Below are positions 1 to 11,464 of a stretch of DNA of 64,000 nucleotides, piece after piece. The stretch comes from Curvularia clavata (Eukaryota), in assembly GCA_023920165.1 (NCBI GenBank), contig CP089274.1:3472001-3536000 (forward strand), read 5' to 3'. The translations under genes and the position numbers were made by a program. Every line of letters begins with the position of its first letter. Within the stretch, counting starts at the first letter, position 1. The notes below the pieces were generated by a model. It searched no databases. It was not told the DNA's origin and saw only the letters and a program-made list of their open reading frames with translations.

Positions 1-256
1 TTAGCGGCGTCAGCGTGAACTAGGGCTTGTATGCAGGCGATGAAGTGGGTCGCGATATATGGATAAGACGAGAAATCAGTCTATTCAAGTACTCATTTAC
101 ATTGCTGTGCTATCTAAGTATGCAGATATCATTAGAGAGAAACTGCCTACCACGGACCGATAATAAAGACACCTTCGTAATACATAAGCTGCTAGGCTCA
201 GACCTATCGTGTTGAGCTACATATCATAGCCATTGCCAAGATGCGCTTTTGATACC

Positions 257-994
257 CTAGTGTGAGTTCCGGGTTAACCGCTTCTTGGGCTGCGCAGACC
301 TCCGAGTATTACCACGCCTACGCTTCTTGCTGTTTCCCTCTTCTTCCATGCTCCCTAATGAATCTCCAGTTTGTATAGTCTCAAGGGCCTTACGCCGATT
401 CGTCGCTGCGCGTGTCCGCCCGAGGATGTCAACAGCCACATCGGAGCTTTGTCCATCCCTGGCCGCATTTGCAACGTTGGGAAGAACCTCATGGTCATTC
501 TCATTGCTTGCTTGTTCGTTCTCCTCTCCATTGTTGCCATCTCCTTCTTCACCAATAATCGCGCCAGACTCAGTATCGGTCACATTGTCGCATGCATTAG
601 CTGTCGTATCGCAGGTGCCCTCGTTCGCGTCTACATAAATGTTAAACTCAGGTGCAGCGTAATCCCTCGCTGCTGCTGCCTCTTCGGCCTCTTTAAAGGC
701 ACGTGCCACAGTGCTAGGAAGAGGTATGATCGGAAAGCCCTCTGGTTGCCGGAGCTGTAGCTCGTCCTCGCGGTAGTGAGCCTTAGCAGCACCAAAGTTA
801 TATCTGGTAAAATAGGGCTCAGACATCTGGAGTTTTCTAATATCGGATGAGTTTGTGAGCGTGCACAATCATATGGATATTTACCTGTCTGAAAACTGAT
901 CACTGATTGGAACACCAATGTCAGAGAGCGCAGCACCTGAGTCGATTCGAGGCTCCTTGTTCAACACAGCTGATACTCTGGGATGACCAGTCAT
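257..994 (-). CDS. Hypothetical protein (~229 aa), acidic middle and basic NLS-like C-terminus; exons 994-885 and 836-257
   Basis: ATG at 994. The GTAAAT...TAG intron (884-837) joins exon 1 in frame to ORF 257..868. E/D/N-rich tract followed by SKKRRRG and PKKR. No recognisable domain. Confidence 0.45.
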
Positions 995-2043
995 GGTTTA
1001 GGTCGCGATAATTAAGTTGCCGTGCCTTTTGATGTCGAAATATGTATTGCTGCTGATTCCAGGAGTGAGTGAGGAAAGCGGACTGTACTGGTTTCATTCG
1101 CGGCGCACTGGAACACGATTGCGGGGTTTGATGTGGGGTGAAAATGAGTTCATGCGGCTTGAGAGTAAAGAAACAGGTACAAGATTGGTAGATGTACCAG
1201 TGAAACGACAGGGGAACTTTTAGGGCCACCTAGTTTAACGAAGTTCGTTTGCTTCAATTCCCCGTCGGTGAGATCCGATTGTCGACCAATCCTTCCCATG
1301 GTACTTGCAATGGAAAGCGCCGGCCAACACAGGTTTAATGGTGGTGACGAGCGATGAACCTACACGCAAATTGCCGCTCAAAAGGCTGATGCGTTCTGTT
1401 CGGATGAACACAAAAAGATAGGTGCGCGAGACGTACAGCCTCCTTTTGTCGCAATGTATCCTCGCTTCTTATCCAAAAGGGTTTCGGTCCTCCGGGGTTT
1501 GCCGGAAACAAGATCGCGCGCGCCTGTCAGATAGTGTAGAATGCAAAGTGTTTCGCACTCTGTGTGTTAGTTTGTACATAGAGTGGCAAAAGTCACGTTA
1601 GTAGAAGTTGGCGTTGAGGTTTGAGTGCGATGTAGTGTACTTGCGACATCTGTCTCTTGTTTGGATGACGCATTTAGTGCGAAAATCATTGCTCAATACG
1701 GTAAGCTTCTGCGACAAAGCAAGATCCCTCAATCACTCCGTATTTCAAAGTCGAGAAGAATGTGGTAAAAGGAGTATTAACTGCACAACTTCAAAAGAAA
1801 AGCCGAGCGAGTGTATTCGAAAACAAAATAGTGCGGGTATGCGCAACGAAGCGATGATTTCGAACTGGTAGCACTAGCTGGATTGGCATCGTGCTGGTCA
1901 TTCTACCCAAAGTTTTGACCAACTAAATTACAAAAATATAGCACTCAAGCGTGCATATGACTAAACAATACAAGCACCTGCACGGCAGGGCGTCTGTTTC
2001 CAGAGTACCCATCATTCAACCACTGCGTCAGCTAGCCCCGAAT

Positions 2044-4000
2044 CTAGGCGCGGAAGGTCGCACGACGTCGCATGCCTCCAGTCTTCTGCTGTTGGGCTCC
2101 AGCAGCAGCGCCAGCATCTTTGGCAGCTCCGGCTTGAGCATCGGCGGCCATACCGGCGCCCTTGGCAGCCTCAGCGTCTTTGGCGGCACCAGCTTGAGCA
2201 TCAGCAGCCATGCCAGCGTCCTTAGCACCTCCGGCTTGAGCACCAGCATCTTTGGCGGCACCAGCGTCTTTGGCAGCTCCGGCTTGAGCACCGGCGGCCA
2301 TACCAGCGTCTTTGGCGGCACCAGCTTGAGCATCAGCAGCCATGCCAGCGTCCTTAGCACCTCCGGCTTGAGCACCAGCACCAGCGTTGGCACCTGAATA
2401 CCTGTCAGCATCATTCTACTACCATTACTGCTCCTTCCTGCAGGTTCATGGGGTTGTCATGGGTTCTCCAGGAAGCTAACACTTACCATCGTTCATGCCC
2501 TTGCCCTTGCCCTTACCCTTGCCCTTACCCTTGCCTTTTCCCTTGCCCTTTCCCTTGCCGGCATTAGCTGTACCATCTGCGCTTGTTAGCATCGTGTATA
2601 GTGATTGGGAGGGTGGCACTTACTTTGAGCAGCTCCAGCAGCAGCACCTTGTTGCATGCCCTTAGCAATGTCCTGCTGGGCTTTTTGCATCTCGGCCTGG
2701 TCCTTTGCCATCTGAGCCTGGTCCTTCTGCTTCTGGGCCTGATCCTTCTGCTTCTGGGCTTCATCCTTAGCCTTCTGCTGGTCGGCTTGTTGTTGGGCGG
2801 CCTGATCAGCAGCCGCCTGACCGGCTCCAACTGTGCAGCTGTTTTGCTGTCCAGCGGCAGCCTGTTGTTCAGCGGCACCAGCAGCACCCTTCTGCTGCTC
2901 GGCGGCACCCATAGCAGCACCATTCTGCTTTCCCTTCTGTTGCTCAGCAGCAGCCTTCTGCTGTTCCATTTGAGCGGCTTGTCCGGCGGCGGCTTGTTGA
3001 TTGGCAGCACCCATAGCAGCACCGTTCTGCTTTCCCTTCTGCTGTTCAGCGGCACCCATGGCACCCTTCTGTTGTTCCATCTGGGCGGCTTGTTGATCGG
3101 CAGCACCCATAGCAGCACCGTTCTGCTTTCCGTTGCCCTTGCCCTTGCCCTTGCCTTGTTGCATCTGACCAGCTCCCATAGTGGCATTTCTTCCAGCAGC
3201 ACCATCTTGCACACCTTGGTTTTGCTTTCCCTTGCCATTACCCTTACCCTTACCCTTCTTGCCCTTACCCTTGCCCTTACCCTTACCCTTGCCTTGACCA
3301 GCTCCCATAGTGGCATTTCTGCCAGCTGCAGCGTCTTGCAAGCCTTGCTGGTTCTGCATGGCCTGATCAGCAGCCTTCTGTTCGGCAGCCTTCTGTTCGG
3401 CAGCCTTCTGTTCGGCAGCCTTCTGGTCTTGCTGCTTCTGCATGTCCTTGGCGGCGGCAGCGTCCTGCTGTGCTTGACCCGCAGCAGCCTGATCCGCAGC
3501 GTTCTCGCCCTTCTGCTGCTTCATGCCACCGGCAGCAGCAGCGTCTTGCTGTGCTTGTTGATCTTGGGCTATGTGGGGTTAGAGATACGTCCCAAGTCAA
3601 GAATCGAACACTCCTTACCTTGAGCAGCATCCTGAGCGGCTTGGTCTTTGGCCTTCTTTCCTTTGCCCTTACCCTCAGCAGCAGCATCCTGTGCTGCCTG
3701 GTCCTGGGCGGCATTACCGCCGGCAGCGCCAGCAGCATCCTCTGCGTTGGCAGCTCCGGCATCTGCATTATTATCCTGGGCCATCTCACCCCGGGTGGCC
3801 AGGAGCACACCCCGGAGCTTAAGAGCCTCTTCGTCGAACTTTTGCACAACTTCGTCCTCGCGACGGCCAAGATGTGGATTAGAAAGACCCACATTTTCCG
3901 TGCGGGCAGCGACTACTGGACCATGTCCTGAGAAAGGCGCTGGGGCTGCTGCCACCAAGGACGCTGAAAGGATTGTGAGAAGGGGAATAGATGCCCTCAT
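2044..4000 (-). CDS. Secreted low-complexity Ala/Gln/Gly/Lys repeat protein (588 aa); exons 4000-3619, 3568-2624, 2576-2487, 2393-2044
   Basis: Three canonical introns (GTAAGG or GTAAGT donors, CTAAC or CTGAC branch sites, YAG acceptors) join ORFs 3569..4000, 2586..3524 and 2044..2343 in frame (1767 nt). Signal peptide MRASIPLLTILSASLVAA and dibasic site LGRR. Confidence 0.85.
2100..3560. repeat. Coding tandem repeats: AQAGAAKDAGMAAD-type units, (GK)n blocks, QKAAE units, duplicated GRNATMGAGQ and KQNGAAMGAA units
   Basis: Direct DNA repeats are visible, e.g. (ccyttr)n at 2498-2557 and 3229-3295, cagccttctgttcgg x3 at ~3373-3417, and ~36-nt units at 2110-2390. Confidence 0.9.
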
Positions 4001-5405
4001 AGTGACGGTATGCAGTTAAAGTTGAATGATTGAAACGAGATGTGTCGAAACGAAAATGAGCACAGCTCTTGAAAGTAGAAGTGAAAAGATAGTGCTCTGC
4101 ACCAAGAAAAGATAGGAAAGTTTGGAAGTTGAGCGTGCCGTTCTATCCTTCCTGAGGGATTGAAGTTATATAGGAACTTGGCTTTATGCGCCTGTCAGCC
4201 TCCCCGGATCGCGAAGTGCCTAACATAGAACAAGCCGCATCTGTTGACTTGGGCGTTCATCGGCTCCCGAGCACATCACACATGCGCCGTTGGAGGATGC
4301 CTTGAAAGGGCCAGGCTTCAACAAGGTCGAGTCGATCAGACCCATAATTCTCCATAAACGGTCGAATCAAACGCATGAAGCAAAAGTTGAGATTGCGGAT
4401 GAACAGTGGGATGCACGCCTCATGCCGGGGAAGTCGTCGTCTGCTCTACAAATCGAACGTGTATAGTTTGAGAGCTTGTTGCAGACAGACCAGGGGCTGT
4501 GTATGCGGAGAAATACCTTCCTAAACGCATAAGTTTGAAGTTTGACATATGACTGAGGTTTGCCGCTTTGCGCACGCCTGAAACCAGCTGCGATTCAGGC
4601 ACACCGAGATGCGCCCGTTACATAGGAAGAAATCCCCAAACGCTTTGCAAAAGCTGGTCTAGACGAACGCCACATGTTTTCTGTATGAACCGGGTTACAA
4701 TCTATTACCTCTTCTTTATGCGCTATGCGCTAGTATACGCGATACAATGGGTTCCATTGTTTTCCACCTCTGCGGGACGAGCGAAGAAGGGCATGCAATG
4801 CATATGGGCGATGTGTCAAACAATTGGAAAATCTTCGCTCATAGCATTTGTCGCAGTGGAGTGATTCAAGAACTTCTGGTCCAGAGCTAGCTAGCTGATG
4901 TCGCAGGCAACGATAGAGTCGACCGTGGTACGATAACTCATCCAGCGTGTGGTAGCGTCTCAGCTTTTGTCGGCATGCCACAGGCCACACGGGGATCTTG
5001 GAGGCTACACTTGGTGTCTGCGCGTGTCAGCCTTATGGTCCAAGGTATGTCGCGCGTTGCGGGAAGGCTGGTGGGTGGCCAGACAGACGGGACTTGACAG
5101 CTGCAGAATGCAGAGTGTGGAGCGAAGGGGACATGGAAAGGCTGGCCAATAGCATGTCGGCCAATGCAATCCCGCACCTAGCCTCTAGCCTCGGCTCCGA
5201 CTTTTGGATATCGTCATTTCGAGGTCTGGTCAAGGACGGCGCCGTTGGGGAAGCTTTTCTTTTGCCGCAGTCCTGACCGTTGAGTCCAATTGCACTTGTG
5301 GGGTGCGGCCAGTCACAAACGCGCAGAGACTTTGGACTTTCAGCTGTTCCCTCGCTCTTGCAGTCTCTGCATCCACCTCCATCCATGTCTGTCCAAAACG
5401 CCACA

Positions 5406-7342
5406 ATGGCTACACGGTCGATCCCCGCGTCCATAACACGACGGTTGCTCACGGCTCCGCGATCCACACGCATAGCGACACGACCATTTGCATGCGCATC
5501 GCGGATACAGAGTGCTTCAGGACTTTATCGCCCGGCGCTCCAGATCGCTGGCCAAAGAAGACCTCTCTCCACATCACCACGCACACGACTCGCCGCCGTG
5601 GACGATACATTCGACCCGAAATCGATAGAACGTGAGGCCGACGAGGTTGACGTGCTCATTGTAGGAGGTGGTCCGGCCGGTCTGTCGGCTGCTATCAAGC
5701 TAAAGCAGCTTGCGACCGCGGCAGGCAATGAAGACTTTCGAGTCTTGGTGCTGGAGAAGGCCGGAGAGTTGGGGGATCATATTGTCTCGGGCAATGTTAT
5801 TGAGCCTAGTGCGCTTGACGAATTACTACCAGACTGGAGGTCCGAGGACAACCTGAACCGCTTTGCCGATATTACGCCTGCGAAGGAGGACCACATGTAC
5901 TTTATGACCAAGAACCGCGCCATTCCCCTTCCGAAGCCACCGCAGATGAACAACCATGGTAATTTCATCATTAGCTTGAACCAAATGGTTAAGTGGCTCG
6001 GAGAACGAGCAGAAGAAGTTGGTGTAGAAATTTATCCTGGATTCGCCGCGTCCGAAATACTCTATAACCACGAGGGTGTCGTACGCGGTGTAGCCACCAA
6101 CGATCTCGGTATATCACGAGAGGGAAAGCCCAAGGATTCATTTGAGCGAGGAATGGAATTCCACGCTCGCGTCACATTGCTCGGTGAAGGCTGCCACGGC
6201 AGCTTGTCGAAGCAGGTTATTAAGAAGTATGACTTAAGGCGGGACAGCCAACACCAAACCTATGGCCTTGGCATCAAAGAGGTCTGGGAGGTGCAGCCCG
6301 AGAAGTTCAAGTCTGGGCTTGTCGTGCATTCCATGGGCTACCCACTTCCCAAGGATACCTATGGAGGCGCCTGGATGTACCATTTTGGTGACAATTTAGT
6401 CAGCATTGGCCTCGTAGTTGGCCTCGACTACCCGAACCCATGGCTGGCGCCTTATGGTGAGTTTCAGAAGATGAAGCACCACCCGTACTACAAGAACGTA
6501 TTGGAAGGTGGCAAATGTATCTCCTACGGAGCAAGGACATTGATCGAGGGCGGTTTCCAGTCTATCCCCAAGCTTGCTTTTCCTGGAGGCGCCCTTCTTG
6601 GAGATGCAGCAGGGTTGCTGAATCTGCCGAAAATCAAGGGCACCCACAATGCCATGAGGTCGGGAATGTTGGCCGCCGAGGCGACTTGGGATGCTCTCCA
6701 AGCCAACGCAGAAGGTGGCACTGTGTTCTTGTACGATTACGAAGACAAGATGCGCAAGTCATCAATTTGGTCAGAGTTGAAGACGGTGCGAAACATGCGG
6801 CCAGCTTTCCATACCCCCCTCGGTGTGTATGGAGGTATCATGTACTCGGGATTGGAGGCGTATGTCCTCCGCGGCAAAGCACCCTGGACGCTGAAGCATG
6901 GTAAGCCTGACCATGCAGCGACAAAGCCTGCGGACGAGTGTCAGAAAATTGAGTACCCTAAGCCTGACGGCAAGATAAGCTTCGATATTTTGACCAGCGT
7001 CAGTCGTAGCGGCACAAACCATGAAGAAGACCAGCCGTGCCATCTCCAGGTGAAGGACCTCGATGCGCATGCCAAGAAGGAGTGGCCCAAGTACAAGGGT
7101 GTTGAGAACCGCTTCTGCCCCGCAGGCGTTTATGAATACGTCGAGGATGACAGCAAGGAGTTGGGTGTCCGGTTTCAGATCAACGCTCAGAAGTAAGTAC
7201 ACAAAACACTTAGAGTGCGTACACTATGGCTGACTGCTCAAGCTGCGTTCACTGCAAAACCTGCGATATCAAAGTGCCTAGTCAGGACATCAACTGGCAG
7301 ACCCCCCAAGGTGGCGAGGGACCCAAGTACATCCTGACTTAG
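5406..7342 (+). CDS. ETFDH: Electron transfer flavoprotein-ubiquinone oxidoreductase, mitochondrial (ETF-QO); exons 5406-7192, 7243-7342
   Basis: FAD motif [24 protein letters not shown], and 4Fe-4S ligands RFCPAGVYE plus NC(V)HCKTCDIK after splicing intron 7193-7242. Arg/Ser/Thr-rich presequence. ATG 5385 is an alternative start. Yeast ortholog is CIR2. Confidence 0.95.
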
Positions 7343-8155
7343 ACAGTGACGTCTAGTAATTTCTATGCCTATCCAACTTGGGCATCTTCATCGGCCATGA
7401 GTAGGCGTGTATATTAGGAGATCACATGTGTATGTATTAGTGACCAGCCCAATTGTTGTTGCTGCCCAAGTGAGAATTACCGACAGGAACAGGGGCACAG
7501 GAGTGATGGGAGTCTGCCAAGCAATTGATATTCGTGAAGATGTGTTATCCAGTTCCCTGCACACATACTAGTTAAGTGAGGTAACATCTTATTGGTAGGC
7601 TCGGCCGTGTGCATCGGCCGTAGGGCACGTGATGATATCCGTGCGCTACCTGAGCCAAGTGAAGCGTTGGGCCAACTTCGTCTCCGCGCCCTTCGTCACT
7701 CTCACTCAACAACCTCTCGCCGGGGCCTGTCGCATCCATACCTCCTCGGCATTTCTTTGCTCTTTCCCAAGCGTTGCCGCGACATCAGGCTAATCAGTTT
7801 ACTTCTCAGATCCGAGTGTGCAAGCGACTCCTCAGCCGGCTCTCTCCAGGCTCTTGGGCACTCAGGTTCTTCACAGCCACCCGCAACTAACGCCTCCCAT
7901 CTATCTCCAAGGTACGACTAGTTGCCTGCATTCTGTCCTCTGGCCATTCCTCGCGCGTCTATCTGGTTCCCATAGTTGCGCGCATAGCTGGACGCTGGTT
8001 TCCCGGTGTCGCGTCCGAAACGGAGCCTCCCGATGTCCGGCAGGCGCGATGCGCACTCCTTTGCTGGCTTCCTGTTTGCTCATGGATATGTGCTCACCAT
8101 TTTATCCAGACTAGGTCATCTCTAGGATTGAATCTCTGCAGCAACCACTATCACC

Positions 8156-9475
8156 ATGACCGAGGTTTCATCCACGCGCCTTTACCTGGGCAATCTCCCC
8201 CGTAATGCCACCAAGGCAGACGTCGAAGGACACTTCCAGACTCACGGCACCGGCGAAATCACCGAGATCAAGCTCATGAATGGCTTCGGCTTCATCGAGT
8301 ACAAGGACGCGATGGATGCCCGTGACGTCGTTCCTGGTAAGCTTTAACCACCGCTTAGTAGATAGAACACTCGCTAACACCTGATAGCTTTCCGTATGTA
8401 GTTGTATCGCACCCGATCTTTAGACACGCCCTCCTAACATTTAACAAGATGGTTCCGATTTTATGGGCGAGCGCCTCATCGTCCAGTTCGCTCGTGGCTC
8501 GCGCGCGCGCAATGAGAACTTTACCCCACACGAGCGCGTCCCCCCACGTCCTAGGCGTACGCCATACCGTATGAGAATCTCGAACCTTCCGGTAGAGACC
8601 AGCTGGCAGGTCAGACCCCCCCGATTATTGGATTTCTCCCGTTCTCTGTTCCCTGTTAAGGTCAACGTACCATTCCCGGACCCCTCTTGGCTTTATCGCG
8701 TGCTTCCTGTTTTACATTCTGGATTTGGACCTCGCTTAACTTGGAATGTATAGGACTTGAAAGACTTTGCCCGTCAGTCTGGATTGGACGTCGTTTACTC
8801 CGAAGTCAGTCGTGAGCACGATGGCACTGGGTGAGTGTACCGCAACATACCCCTTGTGAGGCTAGGCTAACCTAACCAAGATTCGTCGAGTACGAGACGG
8901 CCGCTGATCTGAAAGCCGCAGTCGAGAAACTGGACCGCCGTGAGTTCAAGGGACAGGAAGTTTCCTGCGTCCAAGACGTTTCCGACCCTCCCCCACCTCC
9001 ACCTTTCAAGCCTAGGGCTCCTTACGGAGGTCCCAGTGGTCCCGATGACCGAGGCCGTGACAGGTATCGATCGCGCTCTCCTATGGGGCGCCGTGGCTAC
9101 CCACCTGGCCCATACGACGACTACTATGATCGTCGTGGCCCCCCTCGTGGCTACAGCCCTCGCCGCGATGACTACCGCCGACGCACTCCACCTCGCGAAT
9201 TCTATGACAGGCGTGATGGAGGTTATGGACGCTCCCCACCTCGTGGTCGCATGCCTGATGAGTATGGCCCACCGCGCGCGCGTTACCCTGACGATCCTTA
9301 TGATGCTAGGGCCGCTCCTCCACCCCGTCGCTACGATGATTACATGAACGGCCATGGGCGCCCTTACGATGGAGGACGACCACCATCCCCACGTGGTGCT
9401 CGTCCCCGTAGTCCCGGAGGCCGTCCCCCTTATGACGCCCCGCCAGCTGACTACCCACCCCGTGGTCGTTACTAG
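8156..9475 (+). CDS. srp2: SR-family splicing factor (RRM + pseudo-RRM + Arg/Pro/Asp/Tyr-rich tail), Srp2/Npl3/SRSF4-6-like; exons 8156-8336, 8388-8393, 8449-8609, 8754-8830, 8881-9475
   Basis: RNP2 LYLGNL and RNP1 GFGFIEY. The SWQ|DLKD pseudo-RRM signature forms on splicing 8610-8753. GFVEY in RRM2. RSRSP, RSPP and PRSP motifs in the tail. Symbol reflects family assignment, not proven orthology. Confidence 0.9.
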
Positions 9476-10401
9476 ACTGGACGGTAACGAGAGCATGACT
9501 GGCAACGTATGTCGAACAACTCAGGCTCCGCTTTGGCGTCGTGGTCCGGCGCATCTACTGACACAGATTCAGTAAGCCTTTTGTGGTGCCTGAGATTTTC
9601 TTTGCTTTTCCTTTCATTCAAATTGACACTCCGAGGCTTCCACCTGTGGACATGGATTATGCGATAATGGAGCCTGAGGATATCCGGGGGCATGATTGTG
9701 CTACATGAGCCCGACGAGACTGATTCTGTACCTTACCAAACCCCGGGCCTTGGATTCTTCATGTATCTGTTCTCTGGCGCGGTATCGTCTTTGCACGATA
9801 GCTGGCACGAGAAGTCTCGTCTTTTTCGAAACTGTCTCCCCACTGCCCACTGCCCACATAGCTACTTGGAGAGGATGCCCTGGTTTTTAATCACTAAAAA
9901 CGGACCCTTAATGTACATGGACCCCCTTTTGATCTTGCTCTTCATGGACCTTATGGCTTTCTATCATGTACAATATCCCACGGCCCTATTCTACAGGTTT
10001 CAGCCCTATAGCGAGAAGGAAACTCGATAACTGATTCAATATCCGTGTCCATGTCTCCACTAGGCCAACAAGACCAATTTCAGACTGAGATTGCTCGACC
10101 GGGTGCTGGATCCTGCTAACTGTGCTTCTCCCCAACTAGGTAAACCAATGGTGAAAGGAAGGGGAGGAGAAAACCAGAATGTCGCATGACGAATTCCTGC
10201 TTACGAAAAACAGCCTTGTACTTTGCTAATTGCTCTACCTGCATTTCCCTCTAACCCATCCCAGCAAGCATTTGATAAATCTTCTTCTTACATTTGGTAC
10301 ACATGCACAATGCTACCACCTGTTGAGGCTCCGTTTCCGTCTGCAAAGGCGCGCTTTGTCCACCTGGCACTGTACTTTGATCCTACAATCTCGCGCAGTC
10401 T

Positions 10402-10824
10402 TCACGCTGGACATACACTTGTGCTATCTGAGAATGCGTATGCACTGGTGTCGTAGCCGTGCGACGCAGCGGACGCGTTTCCTAACGGTGGCGATGATAC
10501 CCATGAGGGCACTATTGAGGCCCTAGGCCATGGGCTTGACATACCGGTGCCGTTGTACAGCTTAGAAGAACCCGATGATCTTGGCCTTTGCGCGGCAATG
10601 ACGCAGTGACGCGCGTATCTGCCTGGGATAGTGACTATCGTAGCAGCGGAGCTATTTCTTCGGCGCGGCGTGTACGGCGGTAGGCTGGCAGGTCGGGGAT
10701 GCCGCGGTAGGCGTTCGTCTGGGCGGGTGGTCGTGTATTGTAGTGGAGAGGGTGTTTCTGGTGTGGGGGGAGGGGTTTTCGGCCAGAGTTTCGGCTTTGG
10801 AGAAAAGAGTGGGTGCAAGCACAT
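10402..10824 (-). CDS. Possible small Pro/Ser/Arg-rich hypothetical protein
   Basis: ATG in caccATG context, 140-codon ORF, optional in-frame intron GTATGT...TAG at 10544-10482. No domain recognised. Confidence 0.3.
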   Translation of the reverse strand: MCLHPLFSPKPKLWPKTPPPTPETPSPLQYTTTRPDERLPRHPRPASLPPYTPRRRNSSAATIVTIPGRYARHCVIAAQRPRSSGSSKLYNGTGMSSPWPRASIVPSWVSSPPLGNASAASHGYDTSAYAFSDSTSVCPA

Positions 10825-11464
10825 GGTGAGTGTATGCAGTAAATGAGATCAAAAGGCAAAGTATGTTAGTAAGTAGCGGGCATTCACTGTACCATGGCAC
10901 TATGGTGTGCAGCGTGTTTGTAACCCAATGGAAGCGTGTCTATTGGTGAAGTTGGTGTTATATTCTTATCCTACCAAATTCTTAGAATGAGTCAGAGAGC
11001 ACTGAATATCCAAAGTTGAAGTCTTGCATGAAAACCACCGGTCTTGACTCTGAAGTCCTGTTTAGAAATAAAACATGAATTGTCGGTAGCTGGGGACGAC
11101 CCAACGTTTTTATTCTAAACAGTACAGCCGAAGCGCTGGTTGCTGGAGGCAAACAAGGTTTAACATTAGAGTGTAAGGCAATTACAAACACCGCTTTTAT
11201 TTCTTTCCAAGTTTTAAACAAAGACATTGAAGTGCTACTGCTGTGTAGTAGAAGTGACTTATCCTAACATAAGCCCTAGTATTTCCATGCAACACCCGAA
11301 GAAAATAAACACAAATCGTCCAGTCATATACACGTACCTGTTTTTTTACCTCCTGGTATCATTCGCAACGCCGGCCAAACATTAATCTCAATAAAACAGT
11401 AAATAACTTAATTGTGGCCAACACTCAGCTGATATCAGAATGCAGGAAGCAGCTGCTGTTGGCC

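Noticed and set aside
1951..3623. Long Leu/Ser-rich plus-strand ORFs (1951..2397, 2583..3623) and alternative-frame minus ORFs
   Set aside because: These are shadows of the repeat gene's restricted codon use; the splice signals support only the minus-strand A/Q/G/K frame.
2044..4000. Repeat protein as a Kex2-processed RiPP/KEP precursor, or a CRISPR-like array
   Set aside because: Units are not separated by KR/RR sites, no DUF3328 or tailoring genes are nearby, and the repeats are in-frame coding with no unique spacers.
5280..5405. N-terminal extension of ETF-QO in the ORF track
   Set aside because: It begins at TTG; the ATGs at 5385 and 5406 give a typical mitochondrial presequence.
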